A stretch of 64,000 bases of DNA from Planctomycetota bacterium (GCA_021791715.1 JAJYWB010000009.1:41272-105271), one strand, 5' to 3'; positions 37,343-47,521 are shown, numbered from the stretch's first letter. The notes: generated from the letters alone by a model not told the origin. Numbers and translations are program-made.

Positions 37343-40300
37343 GATTCAATCTCCAACACGTGACGACCGCTCGGCGCCATGCGCTCGGGCGCCGATCGCT
37401 CGATCCCGGCCATCTGAGTATAAAAATGCATTCGTTCATTAATATCTTTTTGCGCGAGTTCGAGCAGCCGCGCCGCGCGCTCGGGGTCGGACCGCATCAG
37501 CATCGCGAACCGCGCCTCTTTGGCCGCGAAAGCCTGGAACGGGATCGTCGGCTCGCGACTATCGAGATGAAACGGATGTTTCCCCTCCCCCGCAAGCCGC
37601 GGATCGTAGCGGAACAACGGCCAATAACCGCTTTGTGTCGCTTCTTTTTGATGCGTCATCGAGGTCGACATGTCGATCCCGTGCGCAATGCAATGACTGT
37701 ACGCGATGATCAACGAAACGCCGCGGTACGACTCGGCCTCGTGGAACGCGCGGATCGTCTGGAGCGGATTCGCGCCGATCGCGACCTGCGCCGTATAAAC
37801 GCTTCCGTAATCGACCGCGATCATTCCCAAATCTTTCTTGCCGATCGCCTTCCCCTCCGCGGCGAACTTGGCGACCGCTCCCCGCGGAGTCGCCTTCGAA
37901 GCCTGTCCACCCGTGTTCGAATAAACCTCGGTATCGAGAACAAGAATGTTAACATCTCGACCCGAAGCGAGAACGTGATCGAGCCCGCCGAAACCGATGT
38001 CGTACGCCCAGCCGTCCCCCCCGACGATCCAAACGCTCTTGCGCACGAGCGCGTCGGCGACGTTGAGCAAAGCCTTCGCCGCGGCTTCTTCGCATCCCGC
38101 GAGCTTTTCTTTGAGCGCGGAAACGCGCCTTCGCTGCTCGGCGATATCGGCCTCGGTTTCTTGTTCGGCTTCAAGAATCGACGCGACGAGATCCCCCCCC
38201 GCGATCCCCGCGACCTCGGCCGTGAGTCGACGCGCATAAGCCTGTTGATGATCGAGCGCGAGCCTCATTCCCAGGCCGAATTCGGCGTTATCCTCGAACA
38301 ACGAATTCGACCAGGCGGGACCGCGACCTTCGGCGTTCTTCGCCCACGGCGTCGTCGGCAAATTGCCGCCGTAAATCGACGAACAACCCGTCGCGTTGGC
38401 GATCACCGTCCGATCGCCGAAAAGCCGGCTCAACAACGAAAGATACGGCGTTTCGCCGCACCCCGCGCACGCTCCCGAATACTCGAACAAAGGCTCGAGC
38501 AACTGCGACCCCTTCACCGTGTCGGTCTTCACCTCGGTCCGATCGATCTCGGGAATGTCAAGAAAGAACGCGAAGCTCGGCCGCTCGAGCTCGACGAGTT
38601 CATCGGTTACGGCTTGCATATTGATCGCCTTATGTTTAGCGATCTCCTTGCTTCTCGCGGGACAAACGTCGACGCAAACTCCGCACCCCGTGCAATCGTC
38701 GGGGGCGACCTGAATCGTCAACCGATAATCATGAAACGCTTTATCGTCCCAGGCGATCGAGCGGAATCCCGCGGGAGCTCCGGCGAGCGCAGCGGGAGCG
38801 TACGCCTTGGCGCGGATCGCGGTGTGCGGGCACACGAGCGCGCACAGGCCGCACGCGATGCAGATATCCGGATCCCACACGGGGATCTCGGCCGCGATCG
38901 ATCTTTTCTCATATTTCGATGTTCCTGTCTCGAAAGCGCCGTCGACCGGCAGCGCGCTCACGGGGAGGAGATCCCCTTTCCCCGCGAGCATCATCGAGGT
39001 GACGCGTTCGACGAAATCGGTCGTCGCTCCGACGACCGCCGAGCGTCGCCGCCGGGTCGAAGTCGCCCGGTCTGGAACCTTCACCTCGTGAAGCGAAGCG
39101 AGCGCCGAATCGACCGCGGCGAAGTTCTTTCGGATAATCGATTCACCGCGCTTGCCGTATGTTTTTTCAATCGATTTCTTGATCGAATCGATCGCGTGAT
39201 CGAGCGGAATCACCCCCGAAAGCGCGAAGAAACACGTTTGCATCACCGTGTTGATTCGAGAACCGAGCCCCGCGTCCTCGGCGACCTTATATCCGTCGAC
39301 CACATAAAAACGCAATCGCTTCTCTATAATCCGTTCCTGCATCTCGCGCGGCAGTTCGTCCCAAACCTCTTCGGGTCCGCGCCTGCAGTTGAGCAAAAAA
39401 ATCGCCCCCGGCTCGGCGAGCTCGAGAACGTCGATCCTATCTATAAATGTGAACTGATGACATGCGATAAAATTCGCTTTTTGAATCAGATAAGTCGATT
39501 TGATCGGCCTGGGACCGAAACGAAGGTGCGAGATCGTCGTCGAGCCCGATTTCTTCGAGTCGTAAACGAAGTAGCCTTGCGCGTAAAGCGGAGTGTTCTC
39601 GCCGACGATCTTGACCGAATTTTTATTCGCGCCGACCGTGCCGTCGCTTCCCAGGCCGTAGAACACCGCGCGAAGGACGTCGGCGGGCTCGTCGTGGAAC
39701 GCGGGATCCCATTTGAGGCTCGTCCCGCTCACGTCGTCAATGATTCCAATTGTGAACCTTCGTTTGGGTCGATCGCGGCCGAGTTCGTCGAAAATCGCGT
39801 GCGCCATCGCCGGGGTGAACTCTTTCGACGAAAGCCCGTATCGTCCGCCGATCACCCTTGGAAGCGGTTTCGAGTGGGATTCTCCGATTCGTTCCTCCCA
39901 ATGATCGGCGATCGAGGCGACGACGTCGAGATAAAGCGGCTCGCCGACCGAACCCGGCTCCTTCGTTCTGTCGAGCGCGGCGATCGCTCGAACCGAGGGG
40001 GGTAAAGCGGCGACGAACGCTCGCGCGTCGAAAGGACGATATAACCGTACTTTGATAAGGCCGACCTTTTCGCCGCGACCTACGAGCGTCTCGACCGCCT
40101 CCTCGACGGCGCCCGCTCCCGATCCCATCAACACGATCACGCGCTCGGCGTCGGCCGCGCCGATGTAATCAAAAAGCCCGTAACGCCTGCCGACACGCTC
40201 GGCGAAACGATCCATCGTCTTCAACACGACACCCGGAACCGCTTGATAAATCGGATTGATCGCCTCCCGAGCCTGAAAGAAAACGTCGGGGTTTTGCGCC

Positions 40301-40953
40301 GAGCCTCGCAAAATTGGACGATCGGGCGAAAGGGCGCGGTCGCGATGAGCGCGCACAAGTTTATCGTCAATCATATAACGGAGATCGTCGTCTGAAAGTT
40401 GCTCAATTTTGTTGATCTCGTGAGAAGTCCGAAAACCGTCCATCACATGTAAAAACGGAACGCGCGATTCGAGCGCGATCGCCTGCGCGATCAGCGAAAA
40501 ATCGTGAGCCTCCTGAACCGTCGCGGCGAACAACATCCCCCAACCCGTCGAACGCGCCGCCATCACGTCGGAATGATCGCCGAAAATCGAAAGCGCGTGA
40601 GTCGCCACCGTCCGCGCCGCGATGTGAAAAACCGTGGATGTGAGCTCTCCCGCGATCTTGAACATATTCGGAATCATTAAGAGGAGCCCCTGCGACGCGG
40701 TGAACGTCGTCGCGAGCGCCCCCGCCTGCAAAGCCCCGTGCACCGCCCCCGCGGCGCCCCCCTCGCTTTGCATCTCGATCACCTCGGGAACCACCCCGAA
40801 GATGTTCTCGACCCCGGCGGCCGATAACGCGTCGGCGAGTTCTCCCATCGGCGACGCGGGAGTGATCGGATAAATCGCGATCACCTCGTTGACGCGATGC
40901 GCCGGTCGAGCCGCGGCCTCATTGCCGTCGACCGTCGTCAGTCGTCGCTCCAT
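37339..40953 (-). CDS. nifJ: pyruvate:ferredoxin (flavodoxin) oxidoreductase, single-polypeptide NifJ/PFOR type
   Basis: 1204 aa. N-terminus 'DGNEAAARPAHRVNEVIAIYPITPASPMGE'. Two 4Fe-4S ferredoxin motifs (CIACGLCALVCP, CTGCGVCVDVCP). TPP-binding 'GGDGWAYDIGFGGLDH'. Confidence 0.9.
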   Translation of the reverse strand: MERRLTTVDGNEAAARPAHRVNEVIAIYPITPASPMGELADALSAAGVENIFGVVPEVIEMQSEGGAAGAVHGALQAGALATTFTASQGLLLMIPNMFKIAGELTSTVFHIAARTVATHALSIFGDHSDVMAARSTGWGMLFAATVQEAHDFSLIAQAIALESRVPFLHVMDGFRTSHEINKIEQLSDDDLRYMIDDKLVRAHRDRALSPDRPILRGSAQNPDVFFQAREAINPIYQAVPGVVLKTMDRFAERVGRRYGLFDYIGAADAERVIVLMGSGAGAVEEAVETLVGRGEKVGLIKVRLYRPFDARAFVAALPPSVRAIAALDRTKEPGSVGEPLYLDVVASIADHWEERIGESHSKPLPRVIGGRYGLSSKEFTPAMAHAIFDELGRDRPKRRFTIGIIDDVSGTSLKWDPAFHDEPADVLRAVFYGLGSDGTVGANKNSVKIVGENTPLYAQGYFVYDSKKSGSTTISHLRFGPRPIKSTYLIQKANFIACHQFTFIDRIDVLELAEPGAIFLLNCRRGPEEVWDELPREMQERIIEKRLRFYVVDGYKVAEDAGLGSRINTVMQTCFFALSGVIPLDHAIDSIKKSIEKTYGKRGESIIRKNFAAVDSALASLHEVKVPDRATSTRRRRSAVVGATTDFVERVTSMMLAGKGDLLPVSALPVDGAFETGTSKYEKRSIAAEIPVWDPDICIACGLCALVCPHTAIRAKAYAPAALAGAPAGFRSIAWDDKAFHDYRLTIQVAPDDCTGCGVCVDVCPARSKEIAKHKAINMQAVTDELVELERPSFAFFLDIPEIDRTEVKTDTVKGSQLLEPLFEYSGACAGCGETPYLSLLSRLFGDRTVIANATGCSSIYGGNLPTTPWAKNAEGRGPAWSNSLFEDNAEFGLGMRLALDHQQAYARRLTAEVAGIAGGDLVASILEAEQETEADIAEQRRRVSALKEKLAGCEEAAAKALLNVADALVRKSVWIVGGDGWAYDIGFGGLDHVLASGRDVNILVLDTEVYSNTGGQASKATPRGAVAKFAAEGKAIGKKDLGMIAVDYGSVYTAQVAIGANPLQTIRAFHEAESYRGVSLIIAYSHCIAHGIDMSTSMTHQKEATQSGYWPLFRYDPRLAGEGKHPFHLDSREPTIPFQAFAAKEARFAMLMRSDPERAARLLELAQKDINERMHFYTQMAGIERSAPERMAPSGRHVLEIES

Positions 40954-41345
40954 CCCGATCCCCTTTATCGATATATATTTATCATGTCATGTTTTCAATA
41001 CGATGAATCAGGAACGACTTCGAGGGTCGCTTCTCGCGAAAGTCGCGCCTATCGAGGCGCGATCGATTGATCGTCCGATCGTCGGACCGCATGCGCAAGG
41101 CCCCGAGCGATGGAGCTGGAAGATATGGCGGTCGTCGCCGCTCGGTTTCCCGTCGCGAGAAACCGAACTTTATTTAACGCCGGCTTACCGCTCGGGTCAA
41201 TCGGGACGCGTCGGTCGGTAGGGGAATGTTGATCGCAACCGACGCGCCGGCTATCCTCAAAGAGCGACGTGGATCGCTCGCCTCGACGTTCGAGGGTCGA
41301 TCGCGGCGACAATCTCCCCAATCTTCCGTTTTTCAGGAGCCGAGC

Positions 41346-42326
41346 GTGCCCGCGCGCGTACTGATCACTCGACCGATTCCAGAACCGGGAGCGTCGCTGA
41401 TCGAACGCGTCGCCGATGTCTCGATGTGCGTCCGCGACGATCGATCGCCGACTCGCGCCGAATTGATCGCCGCGATCTCCGACGCCGATATTATTTTATG
41501 TCTATTAACCGAGACGATCGACGCCGAGATCCTCGAAGCGGCGCCCAGATGCAAGCTCGTCGCGAACATGGCGGTCGGGTACAACAACATCGACGTCGCC
41601 GCCGCGACCCGCCGCGGAATCATCGTGACGAACACCCCCGGAGTTCTCACCGAGGCGACCGCCGACCTGACCTGGGCTCTCATCCTCGCCTCGGCGCGCC
41701 GAGTCGTCGAAGGGGATGAAGAAATGCGAACAGGTCGATTCCACGGCTGGGGTCCGTTTTACATGCTCGGAATCGACGTTTTCGGCAAGACGCTCGGCCT
41801 CGTCGGCCCAGGTCGGATCGCGCAAGCCGTGGCGCGCCGAGCCGTCGGGTTTCGAATGAACCTCCTCTACCGAGGCAGGAAAACCTCTCCCGAGCTCGAA
41901 GAACTGGGAGCCAGACATGTCGAGCTTGACGAACTTTTACGCGAAAGCGATTTTGTAAGTTTGCATACCCCGCTCAACGCCGACACGCGCGGGCTGATCG
42001 ATCGCCGCGCGCTCGAGCTGATGAAGCCGACGGCTTACCTGATCAACACGGCGCGCGGTCCCGTCGTCGACGAGAAGGCTCTCGTCGAGGCCCTCAAAAA
42101 CGGGACGATCGCGGGGGCGGGGCTCGACGTTTACGAAGACGAACCGCGCATGGCCGAGGGGCTCGCCGGCTGTCGCAACGCGACGCTTCTCCCCCATCTC
42201 GGCAGCGCGACCGCCGAAACGAGGTCGGCGATGGCGCGGATCGCCGCCGAGAACGTCGTCGCGTTCCTCAACGGTTCGAGACCTTCCAACACCGTCAATC
42301 CCGAGGTGTACGCGAAGATCGATTAA
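41346..42326 (+). CDS. D-isomer-specific 2-hydroxyacid dehydrogenase (glyoxylate/hydroxypyruvate reductase / glycerate dehydrogenase-like)
   Basis: AGGAG 7 bp upstream of the GTG at 41346. 'GKTLGLVGPGRIAQAVARRA' NAD-binding GxGxxG. Catalytic region 'NTARGPVVDEKALVEALKNGTIAGAGLDVYEDEP' and 'LLPHLGSAT'. Confidence 0.8.
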   Translation: MPARVLITRPIPEPGASLIERVADVSMCVRDDRSPTRAELIAAISDADIILCLLTETIDAEILEAAPRCKLVANMAVGYNNIDVAAATRRGIIVTNTPGVLTEATADLTWALILASARRVVEGDEEMRTGRFHGWGPFYMLGIDVFGKTLGLVGPGRIAQAVARRAVGFRMNLLYRGRKTSPELEELGARHVELDELLRESDFVSLHTPLNADTRGLIDRRALELMKPTAYLINTARGPVVDEKALVEALKNGTIAGAGLDVYEDEPRMAEGLAGCRNATLLPHLGSATAETRSAMARIAAENVVAFLNGSRPSNTVNPEVYAKID

Positions 42327-42405
42327 CGTTCATTGATTCGCTACATCCTTTTACATTTTTTCATCATTATGATATAATCCATAAATAAATGAATCCAACA
42401 ACGTC

Positions 42406-42621
42406 GTGAACTCCGAATTCGTCGAAAGCGTCGGCTTGGATGTTGTGATGATCAAGACGACTTTGAAAATATGCGATTGGATCGCCGGAGCGACCGCGCC
42501 GTTTCTCCCGGGTTTGGGCGCCTTTTGGGTCTCAAAGGTCTATAAGATATCGACAAATATTGATCGATTAACTTATCGAATCGACGCGATCGAGAAACGA
42601 ATCGATTCTTTCGAAATGTGA
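42406..42621 (+). CDS. small hypothetical membrane protein (AT-rich)
   Basis: One TM segment 'KICDWIAGATAPFLPGLGAFWVSKV' followed by a short coiled-coil-like tail. Start ambiguous (GTG at 42406 or ATG ~42448). A 28-codon ORF follows, overlapping ATGTGA. Confidence 0.3.
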   Translation: MNSEFVESVGLDVVMIKTTLKICDWIAGATAPFLPGLGAFWVSKVYKISTNIDRLTYRIDAIEKRIDSFEM

Positions 42622-42942
42622 ATGGCGTTCGTCGGGGAGACGCTCGCGAAAATCGATCGGAAGCTCGATTCCCAAATCGAATTAAAACGACAGGATGCTT
42701 CGAAATGACGCGCGAACCGATCGGGGGTTCAACGGCGATCGTACGACGTTTTTCCGCGCGATCGAGGCGGATTGGAGGTCGGATCTCGCCCTGATCGTTT
42801 CGATTTTCACCTTATCGCTCGACGCTTCGGTTTCATGTACATTAAGACGAAGTATCGACGAACGGTCGTGATCGGCCGGACGCGGAACGGTCCACATCGG
42901 CTTGCGATCACGTCGAATCGTCGATCGGTCGAGGGCGTTGTC

Positions 42943-43155
42943 ATGAAATACCGAGTCTTGATCGAGACGGATGAAGACGGCGCGTTCACCGCGGAGGTAC
43001 CGGCGTTGCCGGGTTGCGTTTCTCAGGGGAAGACGCGAGCCGAGGCGATTGAAACGATCAAAGAGGCGATCACGGCGTATCTTTCAAGCCTCGATGCGCG
43101 CGGCGAGCCGATTCCGCCGCCGATCACCGAAGAGATCGTGGAGGTGATCGTATGA
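42943..43155 (+). CDS. hicB: HicB family antitoxin (UPF0150)
   Basis: 'MKYRVLIETDEDGAFTAEVPALPGCVSQGKTRAEAIETIKEAITAYL' matches HicB 'y.v.ie.dedG.y.a.vPdLPGC.sqGeT.eEAl.n.keAi'. Stop overlaps the hicA start (ATGA). Confidence 0.7.
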   Translation: MKYRVLIETDEDGAFTAEVPALPGCVSQGKTRAEAIETIKEAITAYLSSLDARGEPIPPPITEEIVEVIV

Positions 43156-43376
43156 AATTCGTGCCTCACGCGAAGGCCGAGAACGTCGTCAAGGCGCTCA
43201 CGAAGGCGGGGTATGAGATTGACGATCGTCAACAGGATTACGTCGTCCTCCGCCATCCCGATCCGCCACATCGTCGGCTGACGACTCCGACCGAAGGCGT
43301 GGCGACTCTGGGACTGATTCGAAAGATCATCCGCCAGTCTGGGATGACTGTTGAAGAATTTCGCAAGTTGCTCTGA
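43152..43376 (+). CDS. hicA: HicA family mRNA interferase toxin (YcfA-like)
   Basis: 74 aa. 'KALTKAGYEIDDRQQDYVVLRHPD....TTPTEGVATLGLIRKIIRQSGMTVEEFRKLL' fits the HicA dsRBD-like pattern (GSH.h..h......vP.H...i..GtlrsIlkqagi). Confidence 0.65.
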   Translation: MKFVPHAKAENVVKALTKAGYEIDDRQQDYVVLRHPDPPHRRLTTPTEGVATLGLIRKIIRQSGMTVEEFRKLL

Positions 43377-43795
43377 TTCGATTTTCCGGGCCGCCGAGTG
43401 CGGATTGGAACGGAATTCGCTAAGAGTTTCGCGGCGGTTTCGGATCGCGTTCGACCGCGGCCCCGGTCGGCGAAAATCGCCCAATTCGCACGGATTTCGG
43501 CTCGATTTCTCGAATCACCGCGGTTCATCAATGAATTCCATAGGTGTTCGGAACGAGGGCGAGCGACTTGAAATCTTCAAGAAAACGGATACCTTTAACA
43601 GTCTCGAACGCATGCGCGGACGGGGCGCCTTCGGCCGACTTCATTCGTGAATTCGCGATCGGTCACGGATCGTCGGGCGCTGCGTAACCAATCCGCATTG
43701 AAACGACCGCGGAGCGAAGCGAACGTCTTGCACGCCGATCGCCCCGCGTCGCCTGAGACTCCGACCGACACTCCAGACTCCGGACAGAAATTAGG

Positions 43796-45286
43796 ATGAG
43801 CGTCCTCAAGTTTCGCCTTAATCAATCGAATATGGGGACGCGGTACCCCGAGCTAAAAAAAGCTTACGTCACGGGGCTCGATCGAGCTCCAGGACGGACG
43901 CAGGTCGAGCTAAAACCTCACCTATTAATATGCAAAAAAGAAGCATGTGAAAGCGGCCGCATTTTTCTTCCCTGGCCGGTCGACGGTTTCGGCATGCCGA
44001 TGGTGGGTACCGCGACTTTGGTCGAACGCGATCAACCCTATGATTTGGCGGTCGAACTCGCTCGGGGCAAGCTGAACGACGTGCGGAATCAATTGGCCGA
44101 TTGGCGTTTGATGGGGCTCAAATCGACCGCCGACCTCGACGCCTTGATTCACCTGGCGCAGTCGACCTTCGCCAAGGCTGCGACCTCTCAAGACGATCCC
44201 GCGGCGTCGCTCGCGGCGTCGCAGGAATGCCTGACCGCGGCGCACCGCGCCAGCATGCTCCTCGTCGAAACGTATACGAATCAAGTTTTGCACAAGCGTT
44301 TAGGACACGCGGCGAAGTTGAGCACGCTGGTGGCGACGGAAGTCGCCGGCGATCCGCGTTCCACGCCGTATTCGCATTCGATCACACGGGCGACGAACGC
44401 CGCGGTGATCGGTCAGCATTGGCGCGATCTCGCCCCCGTCGAGGGGAAATACCGCTGGGACGATTTCGACCTGCAACTCGCGTGGTGCCGCAGACGCCGT
44501 TTGACGCCGATCGCCCGGCCGATCCTCGAATTCCGCAACGCGGCGCTACCCGATTGGCTCTGGCTTTGGGAGGGGGATTTTGAAGCGATCGTGGGGATGA
44601 TCGGCGAACTCGTGAAGCAAGCGGTGCACCGTTACCGCGGCAAACTTCCGATCTGGCGGCTCGTCGGCCGCCCCGCGACCAACGACGTGCTGGGGCTCTC
44701 CGAAGAACAACAAATACAAATCACCGCATACGCTTTGCAAACGGCGCGCGAGATCGCCCCCAACACGCAGTTCGTGATCGACTTCGACCGCCCCTGGGCC
44801 GAATGGATGGGCTCGAGGAACTTCCAGCTCGGTCCGCTCCACGTCGCCAATTCGCTGGCGCAGGCCGATCTCAACCTCGCGGGAATCGGCCTCGAGATCG
44901 CCCCCGGGTTCGACCCTCCCGGCAGCCATCTCCACGAGATCCTCGATTTTTCTCGCATGCTAGATTTATATGCTCTTATTAACTTACCGCTTCATGTGAG
45001 TCTCTTTTTTCCGTCTTCGAGCAAGCCCGATTCGCAGGCGGATCAATCGATCAAGGTCGACACGCGTCAATGGGGGGGCGATCCGACCGAGGAATCGCAG
45101 CGTCAGTGGGCGGCGCGGTGGATTTCGCTCGCGGTGGCGAAGCCGTTCGTCAAATCGGTGACGATCTCGCACGCGGGAGACGCGCAACCGCATGTTTATC
45201 CTAATTCGGGTTTGATGCGACACGATTTCTCCTCCAAGCCGCTCTTCGAGTGGCTGAAGGGATTCCGAACGAAATACATCGAATAA
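43796..45286 (+). CDS. hypothetical protein
   Basis: Long ORF with normal codon usage for this genome. No motif I can confidently assign. Start could be an internal Met. Confidence 0.45.
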   Translation: MSVLKFRLNQSNMGTRYPELKKAYVTGLDRAPGRTQVELKPHLLICKKEACESGRIFLPWPVDGFGMPMVGTATLVERDQPYDLAVELARGKLNDVRNQLADWRLMGLKSTADLDALIHLAQSTFAKAATSQDDPAASLAASQECLTAAHRASMLLVETYTNQVLHKRLGHAAKLSTLVATEVAGDPRSTPYSHSITRATNAAVIGQHWRDLAPVEGKYRWDDFDLQLAWCRRRRLTPIARPILEFRNAALPDWLWLWEGDFEAIVGMIGELVKQAVHRYRGKLPIWRLVGRPATNDVLGLSEEQQIQITAYALQTAREIAPNTQFVIDFDRPWAEWMGSRNFQLGPLHVANSLAQADLNLAGIGLEIAPGFDPPGSHLHEILDFSRMLDLYALINLPLHVSLFFPSSSKPDSQADQSIKVDTRQWGGDPTEESQRQWAARWISLAVAKPFVKSVTISHAGDAQPHVYPNSGLMRHDFSSKPLFEWLKGFRTKYIE

Positions 45287-45330
45287 TCGTCGCATTTGGA
45301 ATGATCAACGACGAATTATTTTTGGATGAC

Positions 45331-45900
45331 GAACCGAATTTGGGAGGGCGAACCTCCTGGTGAGCCATATTTATATTATAATAGATAAATCTCTCGACCG
45401 ATCATGAATAATTAAATGAACCGATCTCGGGTGGGCGAACCGTTTTTGGGAGGGCGAACCTCTTGGTGAGCAGGCTTCATATTTCGATTGACGATTTACT
45501 CGGCCGACCATGCATGAGAAAATGATCCGATCCTCAGATGGCGATCCATTTTTGGGTGGGCGAACCAATTATGGGGGGCGAACCGAATTTGGGAGGGCGA
45601 ACCTCCTGGTGAGCCAAATTTATATTATAATAGATAAATCTCTCGACCGATCATGAATAATTAAATGAACCGATCTCGGGTGGGCGAACCGTTTTTGGGA
45701 GGGCGAACCTCTTGGTGAGCCATTCTCATATATAGATTGAAAATTCGCCCGGCCGACCATGCATGAGAAAATGATCCGACCATCAGATGGCGAACCGAAT
45801 TTGTGAGGGCGAACCTCCCGGTGATCCGTCTATATATTACGATTGATAATTCGCTCCGCCCAACAAACATGAGAAAATGAACGATTTTTGGGAGGGCTCA
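45331..45900. repeat. intergenic higher-order tandem repeat: 36-bp core motif recurring every ~105-110 bp, organised in ~249-bp super-units (2.4 copies)
   Basis: Core 'gaaccg(aa/tt)tttgggagggcgaacctc(c/t)tggtgagc' at 45331, 45436, 45580, 45685 and 45792, plus degenerate copies near 45540 and 45880. The AT-rich inter-core segments are themselves repeated pairwise (A,B,A',B'). So the structure is a duplicated super-unit, not unique spacers. Confidence 0.85.
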
Positions 45901-46140
45901 CCCCTTTGCTATTTACCTCGATATGAATGATTATTTTAAAATGCCGGCTCGGTCGGCGCCTCGCCCTCCCGACAAACACCCTCCATGTTGTAACTTACCG
46001 CGATATTCGGCGCGTCGCCCCCGCTGTAAACGTACTCCTATGTAAATCATATCGCGAAATACGCCGATTAAAAATAATCGGACAATTCGCGGGCGAACCG
46101 CGATCGCGCCTCACCCGCATCATAAAATCCACTCGCTTGA

Positions 46141-46758
46141 TCATTCGTTTCGATCGGGAGGAGGACCGCCGCCGGGACCGCCGGGGCGACCGCCGCGCGG
46201 GCCGCCGAATCCGCCCCCCGGACCGCGCCGACGCATCTCCTCGAGCGTCTTCCGCTGCTTGTCGTTAAGAATCTTTTCCAGTTTGGAATCGACTTCTTTT
46301 TGAAGCGCTTCGATCTCTTTCTTTTGATCAGGCGTTAATTTCAGCCGATTTTGAACCATCATCGGCAGGATCTCGCCGGGACGCGGCGGAGGCCCCATGA
46401 ATCCCCCCGGGCCGCCCCCGGGCCCTCCCGGACCGAAACCTCCAGGTCCGCCGCGACCGAATCGGTCGTTCGCTCGTTCCTTCGACGCCAATGCGTTCAA
46501 TTCGTCGTTCGTCACCACGCCGTCCTTGTCGGCGTCGGCGCGGTGAAAAAGCCGAATCAATCGCGCGTCGGTGATCTCGCCCTCGGTCAATTTGCCGTCC
46601 TTGTTCGCGTCAAACGCCATCATCCGAGAAGCCAGATCGTCGCCGACCGACGACGAATTCGCGATCGTTCCGCGACCCCCGTCGGGTCGTTGAGCCGTCG
46701 CAATCGTCGCCGCGATCGCCAATCCCGCGATCGCCGACACGGAGAGAATCATTCGCAT
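46141..46758 (-). CDS. secreted EF-hand domain protein with Gly/Pro-rich segments
   Basis: Signal MRMILSVSAIAGLAIAATIATA. Two canonical 12-residue EF-hand loops, 'DANKDGKLTEGE' and 'DADKDGVVTNDE'. GGPGGFGPGGPGGGPGG low-complexity. Confidence 0.7.
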   Translation of the reverse strand: MRMILSVSAIAGLAIAATIATAQRPDGGRGTIANSSSVGDDLASRMMAFDANKDGKLTEGEITDARLIRLFHRADADKDGVVTNDELNALASKERANDRFGRGGPGGFGPGGPGGGPGGFMGPPPRPGEILPMMVQNRLKLTPDQKKEIEALQKEVDSKLEKILNDKQRKTLEEMRRRGPGGGFGGPRGGRPGGPGGGPPPDRNE

Positions 46759-46816
46759 CGCTTCCCTTTCATCATACCAGTATTATGATAAGTTATGAAT
46801 CAGATAGAATTTTCGA

Positions 46817-47521
46817 TCACTTGTTCGTCGTTCGATTCGATTGCAGATCGCGTTCGTCGGGGGTTTTGCCCAGGACGATCTCGAAATGAGCCGAGAGCTC
46901 GCCGACCTTCGAATCTTTAATCGGCTTGAACTCGACGCGAAGCAGCTCGCGATCGAAAACGCCGATTCCTCCGCTCGCGATTCCGTCGACGTCGTTGCCG
47001 GGATGTCCCGCGATGTTCATCTGGGTGGTGAGGATCTCGCGTCCTCCTTTTTTAATCTTGAAGTGAATGTGAGGCGCGGGCCTGCCGGGATAAGGGACGG
47101 GCTTGATCGTACGGAAGTAGTATTCGCCTTTCGAACCCGTGGTGAACCTGCCGAAGCCCTGAAAATTGGGGTCCCAGCGGTCTTTGTTTTGATCGGAGTC
47201 TCCCGAGTGGTGGTAAACCTGTTTGGCGTCGCACTGCCAGATCTCGACGGTCGCGTTTCGGATCGGATCGCCGTTCGGGCCGAGGATTCTGCCCGTCAGA
47301 TGCGTGATCTCGCCGACCGCTGGAGTGAGCGAATCGTTGACGACGATCAGATCGTTATCGGTATCGAGCGGCAATTTATCAGGATAAAACGGCCCCTCCT
47401 CGCGCGGAGGGGTCGCCGCGAGCTGTTCGGCGAAGAGCCCGCGGGTCGTGAAAAACGCGGCGCTCGCGGCCATCGTCCCCAAAAAGGCGCGCCGGCGACG
47501 GATTGACAAATGCGAGTTCAT
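46817..47521 (-). CDS. intradiol ring-cleavage dioxygenase (protocatechuate 3,4-dioxygenase beta-subunit-like) with Tat signal
   Basis: ATG at 47521 with GGAG ~10 bp upstream. 'MNSHLSIRRRRAFLGTMAASAAFF' Tat motif. 'GRILGPNGDPIRNATVEIWQCDAKQVYHH' and 'PAPHIHFKI' iron-ligand blocks. Confidence 0.75.
   Translation of the reverse strand: MNSHLSIRRRRAFLGTMAASAAFFTTRGLFAEQLAATPPREEGPFYPDKLPLDTDNDLIVVNDSLTPAVGEITHLTGRILGPNGDPIRNATVEIWQCDAKQVYHHSGDSDQNKDRWDPNFQGFGRFTTGSKGEYYFRTIKPVPYPGRPAPHIHFKIKKGGREILTTQMNIAGHPGNDVDGIASGGIGVFDRELLRVEFKPIKDSKVGELSAHFEIVLGKTPDERDLQSNRTTNK

Noticed and set aside
37360-40005. 881-aa + strand ORF antisense to the PFOR gene
   Set aside because: The PFOR reading frame on the minus strand has unmistakable motifs. 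The antisense frame is an Arg-rich GC artefact.
45371-45870. Two small minus-strand ORFs (65 and 69 aa) sharing 'VRPPKNGSP'
   Set aside because: They are translations of the 36-bp repeat core within the tandem array. Similarity derives from DNA repetition, not protein conservation.
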